Positions 56,753 through 64,000 of a DNA stretch of 64,000 bases are shown one piece after another (the stretch's first letter is position 1; each line of letters opens with the position of its first letter). The notes beneath the pieces were generated by a model. That model was given only the letters and a program-made list of their open reading frames with translations, did not search any database and was not told where the DNA came from. Source of the DNA: Candidatus Omnitrophota bacterium (GTDB taxonomy: Bacteria; Omnitrophota; Gorgyraeia; B26-G9); assembly GCA_043805415.1 (NCBI GenBank), contig JAZDHZ010000007.1:29786-93785 (forward strand), given 5' to 3'. The translations under genes were made by a program, and so were the position numbers.

Positions 56753-59700
56753 AATTCCTGCGCGTCGCCGGGCAGAAAAATCCTCGCTTTATTTGTTTCG
56801 ATTTTCTGCGCTGAAATGATCCGGGCATTGATCAGCTTATCGGCATTCTGGACCTGCGGCCTTAAGCCTGATCCACTATCCGCGGAAAAATCAAAAATCA
56901 GTTCAGGAAATTCACTATTCTTTGTTTTTCCTCCCAGGACTTTTATTTGTCTGGCGTTTAAATTTTTAATCTCAGCTTGCTGCCAATCTTTTAAATTAAA
57001 AAACTTGCCTGTTTCATTGGCAATCTGCCATTTTTTATAAACCGGGCAAAGCATGATGCTTGATTTAGTCTGTTCGATTTCGATTTTCGCGTCAACTGCC
57101 ATCCGGATATTCCATTCCAGCAGATAATCCTGATCCAGTTTTATCCGCCAAATCTGGGAAAGCGGAATATTATGCCAGGTGCTTTTCAGCTCAAGCTCAT
57201 GCTGATTATGCTTAAGCACTTCCCATTTTGCTTTGGAAGAGTCATACCATAAGCCAAACACGCGTACCGAAGTATTTAAGCCGATACTCTGAGTGATTTC
57301 CTGATTATCCCAAAAGAGTTTTACTCCTTCGCCATGATACACTGCCTGCAATCTGCCTTGTTTGATACTCTTTTTACTGTCTGATTTTCTTTTATCGATT
57401 CTCGCTTTTACGGCCTGGGAAAATGTTTTGCCTTTAAGATAGTTTTTCAGCTTTAGCCAGAATAAAGCCAGTTTCAATAACTTATATTCTAAGCCGGTCA
57501 AAGACTGGATCTTTTTATGCATATGAATATTCCGGGCAAGGTCGTCACAGCCTTTAAAACAGCCGACTTTTACATTCGAGTCATTGCCGATAAATGAAAA
57601 AAATACATCCTGCTTGGGCAAAGACATTGCCCGTTTTCGGAATTCCTGCTGTTTGCGGCTATTCCAGATCTGAACAAAATCATGAGCATAAATATTTCCC
57701 ACGGGGATGCGATGGGCTTTTAAGCAAAAATTCACATTGCCGTCAGCCCGGATTCTGGCAAACAGCCAACCCATATAACAAGGGATTTGATTTAAAATAT
57801 CATTATCATATTGAGCGATTTTCGCCTCATAATTCTCCACCCGGCGCATAAACTGCTCAAACTGTAGGATTTTGATTTTATTTTTTAAATCCCCTGTTTC
57901 TAAACGCTGTTTGATTTTATAACAATCATTGATTACGCTTTTTTGCTGCTCATCATTGAGCGTCAGAGCATCCGTAGCATCGGGAATAGTATCAATAACC
58001 GTAAATTCCAAAGAATCACAGCCGGTTTCCAGGGCGAAATCAAGCATTTGATTTATTTCCTGATAATTCTGATTGGAAATCACATTATAAATATTTACCC
58101 ACGGCTTTTGCTGTTTAAGCGAATTAAGCAGTTTAAGCGTACCTTTAAGCTGATAAAACATTGCCTCGGATTTATTGGGATGGGTCAGATGATAGGTTTT
58201 TGCTGTTCCGGCCCAGATACTGACCACCAGATTATCCACGCCAATATCAACCAATTGCTTTACCATATCCTCGCTGACTAAAGTAAAATTTGTATTAATA
58301 TAACAGCGCAAACCCAGCGCCTTAGCATGTTCCAGAATTTTCATAATCTGCGGATGCATAAACGGCTCGCCGCCTCCGGCAAAATAGATTTCCCGGGTGC
58401 CCAGACGCTTAAGCTGATCAATGGTTTTTTTAACAACTTCCATAGGTAAAGTCTGTTGTTTAACCTGCTCAGTGATCTTTTTATCTTTTAATAAAGGCGA
58501 ATTGCACCAGCAGCCGATGCAGTCATTATTACAATCATTGGTAAGGTCTATTTGCGCGCAAAACGGCCCCTTATAAGCCATATTACCGTCGATAACTCCG
58601 ATAATATCCAGATAATAATCTTTCAGTTTTTTCAAATTAAGATTTTTGATGATTTTAGCGCAAACCGCGAGCAGCCCTTTATCGCTTAGCTGCTCTTTAA
58701 TAAATTTTAAAGGCGCTTTTGTTTTATATTCCTGAATCGCCTGAGACTGTTTATTTTGCCTTAAAGTAATCTCCAAATCAAAATAATCATAAACTCCGGG
58801 CAAAAACCTGTCTATTTTTAATCTGCGCATCTGGACAATCCGTCCCTTGATCTTTTTATCCGTATTCTGGATCTGGGGATAAGTATTATCTTTGTACAGT
58901 CTAAGAGTTTTTAGCTCAATCTCCGGCAGAGCATTTTTGTATTTATTCTCACTGCCTGCCAAAAGCCGGGAACTATTGGGATTATATAATTCAATTTCTT
59001 CCCATTCCGTTATTTTTGGGAAAAAGCCTGTACCCAGGTTATCCTTCCACATCGTATATTTACTGTCCAGCAGCAGCCCGGCTTTGTATTCCATGATCTC
59101 CATATCCTGATCAATCCGCATCTGGCTGGACCATTTGATAATATCATTATCTTCAATAATGATCAGCCATTGCTGGCGTACCGGATGCTGATCCCATTTC
59201 AGCCAGACCTTAATCATATTCTCAGCGGTTTTTTCCAGTTTCCAATGCGCCAGAGAAGAATCAATCCAGCTTTGGCCGCAATGCATGGAAGTATTCAGGC
59301 CCACGTCTTTGCTGATTTCCTGATTTTTCCAAAACAGCCTTACCTTGCCTTCGCTAAAAGCAATTTTTGTATTTCCATTGGTAATTGTCTCTTCAATAAG
59401 CCAAAGTTTTCTGCTAAAATACTGCCTGACACGCAAAGGCAAAAACATCAGCCGCCTTAAAATAAATAAGCATATTTTAAAAAGCGCGGCCAGCAGCCCT
59501 TTGGTTTTATAATAAACTATTAATTTTTGCTTTAGGCTCCGCGGCTGAACCGGCAGCAGCTTTTTAATTTTCAGCTGACAGTGTTTTTCCCATTGCTTAT
59601 ACGCGTTATTTTTTGCCTGTTTAAGCTGTTTCGAGGACAAGTCCTGAGTGCGGATAACGCAGCTGTGATTTCCGTCAAAATTATCCCAGTTCTTATCCAG

Positions 59701-60918
59701 AATATAACCCTGCTTATCCATTTGCTCATAAAACCGGGTTCCGGGAAAAGGCGTGGCCAGAGAAAACTGCACGGAAGTCGGATTTAATTTTTTGGCATAT
59801 TCAATAGTATCGCTGACTGTCTGGCTGGTTTCACCCGGCAGCCCAAAGGTAAAAGTCAAATGCGTCCTGATCCCTAAATATTTCGTGTACTTAACCATTT
59901 CCTCGACTTTTTTCAAATCACTGCCTTTATTAATATTATCCAGCAATTGCTGGGAGGAAGATTCCACGCCGTATTTGACGGAAAACAAGCCGGCTTTACG
60001 CATTCTTTCCAGCAGCGGCTCATCCATAAGCTCAGCTCTGGCCATAATCGCCCAAGGCACCTGGAGATTTCTTTTTTCCAGCTCATCGCAAAACGCGAAG
60101 ATCCGCTGTTTGCCGATATTCCAGGTATCATCATCAAAATAAATTGATTTAAATCCCAGCTGTTTAACCAAATATTCCATTTCATCAACAACATCAACCA
60201 CATCTCTGACGCGGTACGAACCGCCTTTATACATTACCTGCGGCCATAAACAAAAACTGCATTTAAACGGACAGCCGCGGCTGGCCCACATTGAGGCGCA
60301 AGGCACAGGAATATCCCCGGGAGCATCATTGTAGGACTTGAGCAGCAGTTTTTTTCGCCGCGGCCAGGGCAAAGAATCCAGATCCTTAATCAAAGGCCGA
60401 GGCGGATTTTTCATGGCTTGATTATTTTGTTTATAAATCAACCCTGAGACATCAGCTAAGCTGCTTTTATCCCTAAGTTTTTGGCAGAGCTCAAGTAAAG
60501 TAGCCTCATACTCGCCGTACATGAGATAATCAATAAAAGCGGTTTTTTCTAAAAATTCCGGATTTTCCAGCTGCGCTTCCGGGCCGCACAAGGCTATGGG
60601 CAGATGACCTTTATGCCGGATAAGCATTTTCAGGTCATGCGCCAAAGTAACAGTTGATGTTTCCGCTACCATTAACTGCGGCTTAAGCGCGATTATTTTC
60701 TGGAAAAACTCATTTTTCGAGAGTTTCTCGGCAATCGCGTCAATAATTTCCACTTCAAAACCGTTTTTTTCCAGCAAAGCAGCGGCATAAGCCAGATAAA
60801 ACGGAAACGGCAGATAATTATTTTCCGTATGATCTTTTATATGCGGCCAGCGCGAACCGGCTCTGACTCCCCAGCGATTGCCTTTTTTCCAGGGTAAATT
60901 AACTAAAACAATCCTCAT
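56719..60918 (-). CDS. giant 1399-aa multidomain protein: B12-binding rSAM (aa 1-~470) - hydrophobic helix - novel Trp-rich domain (aa ~515-700) - rSAM/SPASM (aa ~770-1130; CNNDCIGCWC) - novel Trp-rich domain copy 2 (aa ~1165-1399)
   Basis: The first rSAM motif is CPFKCSFCLW. The second rSAM with SPASM reads CYMGWLFARIRADGNVNFC...CFKGCDD. Two internal repeats carry LFW-NQEI-GLNTS-W.DSS conserved positions. Confidence 0.85.
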   Translation of the reverse strand: MRIVLVNLPWKKGNRWGVRAGSRWPHIKDHTENNYLPFPFYLAYAAALLEKNGFEVEIIDAIAEKLSKNEFFQKIIALKPQLMVAETSTVTLAHDLKMLIRHKGHLPIALCGPEAQLENPEFLEKTAFIDYLMYGEYEATLLELCQKLRDKSSLADVSGLIYKQNNQAMKNPPRPLIKDLDSLPWPRRKKLLLKSYNDAPGDIPVPCASMWASRGCPFKCSFCLWPQVMYKGGSYRVRDVVDVVDEMEYLVKQLGFKSIYFDDDTWNIGKQRIFAFCDELEKRNLQVPWAIMARAELMDEPLLERMRKAGLFSVKYGVESSSQQLLDNINKGSDLKKVEEMVKYTKYLGIRTHLTFTFGLPGETSQTVSDTIEYAKKLNPTSVQFSLATPFPGTRFYEQMDKQGYILDKNWDNFDGNHSCVIRTQDLSSKQLKQAKNNAYKQWEKHCQLKIKKLLPVQPRSLKQKLIVYYKTKGLLAALFKICLFILRRLMFLPLRVRQYFSRKLWLIEETITNGNTKIAFSEGKVRLFWKNQEISKDVGLNTSMHCGQSWIDSSLAHWKLEKTAENMIKVWLKWDQHPVRQQWLIIIEDNDIIKWSSQMRIDQDMEIMEYKAGLLLDSKYTMWKDNLGTGFFPKITEWEEIELYNPNSSRLLAGSENKYKNALPEIELKTLRLYKDNTYPQIQNTDKKIKGRIVQMRRLKIDRFLPGVYDYFDLEITLRQNKQSQAIQEYKTKAPLKFIKEQLSDKGLLAVCAKIIKNLNLKKLKDYYLDIIGVIDGNMAYKGPFCAQIDLTNDCNNDCIGCWCNSPLLKDKKITEQVKQQTLPMEVVKKTIDQLKRLGTREIYFAGGGEPFMHPQIMKILEHAKALGLRCYINTNFTLVSEDMVKQLVDIGVDNLVVSIWAGTAKTYHLTHPNKSEAMFYQLKGTLKLLNSLKQQKPWVNIYNVISNQNYQEINQMLDFALETGCDSLEFTVIDTIPDATDALTLNDEQQKSVINDCYKIKQRLETGDLKNKIKILQFEQFMRRVENYEAKIAQYDNDILNQIPCYMGWLFARIRADGNVNFCLKAHRIPVGNIYAHDFVQIWNSRKQQEFRKRAMSLPKQDVFFSFIGNDSNVKVGCFKGCDDLARNIHMHKKIQSLTGLEYKLLKLALFWLKLKNYLKGKTFSQAVKARIDKRKSDSKKSIKQGRLQAVYHGEGVKLFWDNQEITQSIGLNTSVRVFGLWYDSSKAKWEVLKHNQHELELKSTWHNIPLSQIWRIKLDQDYLLEWNIRMAVDAKIEIEQTKSSIMLCPVYKKWQIANETGKFFNLKDWQQAEIKNLNARQIKVLGGKTKNSEFPELIFDFSADSGSGLRPQVQNADKLINARIISAQKIETNKARIFLPGDAQEFCLKLNLKGSK

Positions 60919-61031
60919 AAATAAAACCTCTCTTTTTCAAATTCTCTGCTGCTAAATAATAGTTTAAAGCTTTAATCTCTTTAGCTTTATTTTTTCTATC
61001 CCATTTTTATTATCGCTATTCTTCTTATCAA

Positions 61032-63980
61032 TCATAAAAACTCTTCCAGATGATACAGGGAAAACTGATCCCAGACATCCCTAAGCACCTGATGCGTATC
61101 GCAATGCTGACAATCATCACCAAATAAAGGAGTGCCGTTTAGGAATTTTTCCTGTTTATGAGCACTAAGATATTTAGCTTGATACCGGAAGCGTTCATAT
61201 GCTTCGGAGTTCCAGATTTCTTTAAATGATTTATCTTTTAAATACCCTACGGTTCTTAAATGACAGCAAAAGCTCACGTCTCCGGCAGCGGGAATAAGGC
61301 TGAAATTCCAGCCCAAAGCGCAGCCTTTTTCCAGAAAAACATCTTTGGACCATGACCCTGTATCCGGCTCGAGATTTTTTAACTGAAATTGGGTAGTATC
61401 AAGCAGCTCGATTTCTTTACCTTTAAGCATTTGTTTAATTTCAGGTAAAGCCTGCTTAATCGCCTCAATATCCTCTGGTTTTAGTTTTAAAGCCTGAATA
61501 TTCTGATCAAGCCTGACCAGATAAAACCGGATCACATTTGCGCCAACGGCAATATCATTTTCCGCCATCTCCACCAGCTCATGGGCGTTCATTGTATGAA
61601 TAACATGAGTCATAATCAAACGCGGCTTTTTTGCTTTGCTCTGTTTTTTATAATCAGATAAATATTTAAGATTTTCCAGGATCGTATCAAACGCTTTCTC
61701 ATTCTGCTTGGTATTTATTTGGGCAAAGGTTTTTGCCAAACCAGCTGGCAGACTGCAGAAAATTTCGCTTACCCCATAATCAACCGCCTGTTTAGCCACT
61801 GTTTTATTCAAAAGAATGCCATTAGTAAAAAACGATACTTCAATTCCCTTTTCCCGGCCGTATTTAACCATATCAAAAAATCGCTCATGCAATAGCGGCT
61901 CGCCGTCTCCTTGAAAAATCATCAGGTCAGTGTAAAGTTCACTTAGATCATCAGCGATTTTTTTAAAGCCTTCAAAGCTGAGTTTCCGGTCAAGAAATTC
62001 CTGGGGATGTTTTATGCTCGGCGTATGCACCCAGCAATGCACGCAATTAGCATTACAGCGGTGATACGGATCAATAACCACGATCTGCGGTCCAATAAAA
62101 GCGTGTTCGCAGATCACGCCCAATAAACGCAATAACTGGCGTTCATTATCTGTTTCCACCTGAGTATAAACCGCAGTAATCAGATCAAACAGCTTATCAT
62201 CAGCCAGAACAAATTCAATATTACCGATACGGCTGGCGATTTTTTTCAAGGCACCAAGATACTCAATAAAACTACGCCGCAATTTTTTTAAGGGGAAGAT
62301 ATTTAAAGTCAAAGACCTCAGGTCAATCGGTTCCCCGATTTCCTTAGCCGCAAATTGAAGAATTTCATTAAGTTTAAAGAAATTATATCTGGACACTCCG
62401 ATTGTTATCAGAGGAGTTCTTCCCTGTTTTTTCAGCAAACGCAGATTGTTTATTTTTGTCTCAAACTCTTTTACTCCGCTAATCCGGTCATGGAGAATCG
62501 GGTTGTCCGCGTATATATAGCTTGATTGCGGCTCAAAACGCAATGGCTGGGCATCCCGCCTATAATCATCGATACAGCTATTGTCATCACTGAGATATAT
62601 ACCGCCTTTAAATTCACGAAATTCTTTGGCCGCGTATTTACTGGTCTGGCTGGTTTCAATTACCTGGGCCTGCAAAGCCCGGCCGCGGATAATCCGATCC
62701 GAATTCTGAATCAAAGAGATGTATTCCGGGTCAATGCAAAACATCACTGCCGGCAAACCATTATCCGCGTAAGTACCGAAAGTTTCTCCGTCCCGGTTAG
62801 CGATAATATCATGCCAGGACCCGAACTGTTCAGGAAAAACACCTTGCTCAAAAGAATTAAACCAGCGCTGATACGCGCCGCTTAGGATAATCCCGGTTTT
62901 GCGCTGCTTAATCTCCACTGCCTGTTTAAACTCAATGCGCGCGTGCCATTCAATAGTATGATCGTCTTTTAGCGTAACCATCCATTTCTCAACCGCGGGA
63001 AAAGGGCTAAAATCAATTACTATCTCCATCTTCCTATCTGATATCTTGGTTACATCCCAATTAATTTTTCCGGAATCATACCAATAGCCGTCGGAATACA
63101 GCGCTGTATGCAAACCAATATCCGTAGTTATTTCCCTGCTTTTCCAAAAAATCCTTAATCTGCCTTTATCCGGCAATAGCTTAATATTTTTATTTTCCAA
63201 ACCGCTGCGCGTAATCATAGCCTGCATTTTCTGATTAAGCTGCTGTTCGATTAAATCAGGCTGGGGAATAAGCGTGATTTCCAGAGCAAAATTATTTTTT
63301 TCTTGCGAACCATTTACTTTCACTGCCTGGAGATAACGCGCCTGATTATTCCGGTCTGAATTCTGGACAAGCAGATAATCGCAGCTTTGCTCTTTAGCTC
63401 TGAGCATTATCCCGGGAATTTTCCCCTGGTTTTTCAAACCAACCGCGCCCTCAGGTTTATCTTTAATTACCCGCTGCCAATCAGCGAATTCTTGGCTGAA
63501 AATTCCGCTTTCATATCCGCCAAACCATTGTTCATATTCCGGGCTCAAGATTATTCCTGCTGCCTGATTTTCAATAAGCGTGTTTTTATCCAGAATATCC
63601 GTGGAAATTTTCCACTCAATCAGTTGCTGATTATTAAGCATTATCTGCCAGCACTGGCGGATGGCTAAAGGCCGCCAGTCAATTTCAATGTATAAAGACT
63701 GGGAATTGATCCGCTCAACCTGCCAAATACACTTACTGGAATCAAACCATTGTCCGGACACAAACAAAGCTGAATGCAGTCCAGCGCCTTTGCTCAACTG
63801 TTTATCCTGCCAAAACAACTGAATTGACTGGTCTTTAAGCTCAAGCTTTAGATCAGCTTCAATGATCTGTCTTGACCGCAGAGCCTGGCTGATGCTTTCC
63901 TGCTTTATTTTGCTGAACAAATCCCGATCCAAGCAAAACAGGATCTCTGATTTTAACAACCGGTATCTGGCCTTAGCCAT
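61032..63980 (-). CDS. 982-aa protein: two tandem copies of the novel Trp-rich domain (aa ~50-225 and ~272-445) fused to a C-terminal rSAM/SPASM domain
   Basis: The repeats begin QLFWQDKQLSKGAGLHSALF...WFDSSKCIW and RIFWKSREITTDIGLHTALY...WYDSGKINW. The rSAM motif is CNANCVHCW. The SPASM region (CALGWNFSLIPAAGDVSFCC) is paralogous to that of 56719..60918. Confidence 0.85.
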   Translation of the reverse strand: MAKARYRLLKSEILFCLDRDLFSKIKQESISQALRSRQIIEADLKLELKDQSIQLFWQDKQLSKGAGLHSALFVSGQWFDSSKCIWQVERINSQSLYIEIDWRPLAIRQCWQIMLNNQQLIEWKISTDILDKNTLIENQAAGIILSPEYEQWFGGYESGIFSQEFADWQRVIKDKPEGAVGLKNQGKIPGIMLRAKEQSCDYLLVQNSDRNNQARYLQAVKVNGSQEKNNFALEITLIPQPDLIEQQLNQKMQAMITRSGLENKNIKLLPDKGRLRIFWKSREITTDIGLHTALYSDGYWYDSGKINWDVTKISDRKMEIVIDFSPFPAVEKWMVTLKDDHTIEWHARIEFKQAVEIKQRKTGIILSGAYQRWFNSFEQGVFPEQFGSWHDIIANRDGETFGTYADNGLPAVMFCIDPEYISLIQNSDRIIRGRALQAQVIETSQTSKYAAKEFREFKGGIYLSDDNSCIDDYRRDAQPLRFEPQSSYIYADNPILHDRISGVKEFETKINNLRLLKKQGRTPLITIGVSRYNFFKLNEILQFAAKEIGEPIDLRSLTLNIFPLKKLRRSFIEYLGALKKIASRIGNIEFVLADDKLFDLITAVYTQVETDNERQLLRLLGVICEHAFIGPQIVVIDPYHRCNANCVHCWVHTPSIKHPQEFLDRKLSFEGFKKIADDLSELYTDLMIFQGDGEPLLHERFFDMVKYGREKGIEVSFFTNGILLNKTVAKQAVDYGVSEIFCSLPAGLAKTFAQINTKQNEKAFDTILENLKYLSDYKKQSKAKKPRLIMTHVIHTMNAHELVEMAENDIAVGANVIRFYLVRLDQNIQALKLKPEDIEAIKQALPEIKQMLKGKEIELLDTTQFQLKNLEPDTGSWSKDVFLEKGCALGWNFSLIPAAGDVSFCCHLRTVGYLKDKSFKEIWNSEAYERFRYQAKYLSAHKQEKFLNGTPLFGDDCQHCDTHQVLRDVWDQFSLYHLEEFL

Positions 63981-64000
63981 GGCCTGGTCATAATAATCTC

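Noticed and set aside
1-64000. Mobile element or genomic island bounding the rSAM supercluster
   Set aside because: No transposase, integrase, tRNA target or flanking direct repeats were found. The cluster abuts core dcw genes with no obvious compositional jump apart from small GC-rich patches.

Overview
This 64-kb window is an AT-rich bacterial chromosomal segment, gene-dense, with almost every gene on the minus strand. No rRNA, tRNA, CRISPR, transposase or integrase was recognised.

(1) 1–8.4 kb holds the distal part of the dcw cell-division/cell-wall cluster on the minus strand: mraZ–rsmH–ftsL–ftsI–murE–murF–mraY–murD'. murD is cut by the window edge. murE is split into two ORFs by a frameshift at a T9–10 homopolymer. 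An unusual ~300-bp insert sits between murE and murF.

(2) 8.4–10.5 kb is a divergent region. It has a near-consensus sigma70-type promoter, a Shine-Dalgarno-preceded 27-codon ORF, and a 500-aa RRE–radical-SAM–SPASM maturase on the plus strand. I read this as a candidate RiPP-like locus.

(3) 10.6–64 kb is a huge, tightly translationally coupled, near-unidirectional supercluster. At least 17 radical SAM enzymes are interleaved with polyprenol-phosphate-sugar/glycan machinery: about 9 cobalamin-binding class-B-type, about 8 SPASM/twitch-type and one methylthiotransferase-like.
- Three Dpm1/ArnC-like GT2 domains, two of them fused to a B12-rSAM or to a methyltransferase.
- An ArnB/DegT-type aminotransferase and at least five ArnT/PMT-like GT-C membrane transferases, including a tandem paralog pair.
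- GT2 and GT4 transferases, an AsnB-type amidotransferase, a NodU/CmcH carbamoyltransferase and SAM methyltransferases.
- An O-antigen-ligase/TPR protein and several secreted or membrane hypotheticals.
- Two adjacent giant proteins (1399 and 982 aa) that carry four copies of an unrecognised ~180-aa Trp-rich domain fused to SPASM-rSAM (and B12-rSAM) domains.
- An 857-bp ORF-free, hairpin-rich region that separates two operons. One edge of it carries a second copy of an IR-flanked ~75–100-nt element also found upstream of murF.

Overall this looks like a previously uncharacterised, radical-SAM-heavy pathway for a hypermodified, periplasmically assembled, polyprenol-linked glycoconjugate (C-methylated/aminated/amidated/carbamoylated). 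All functional calls are motif- and architecture-based from reading the translations. No database searches were run.
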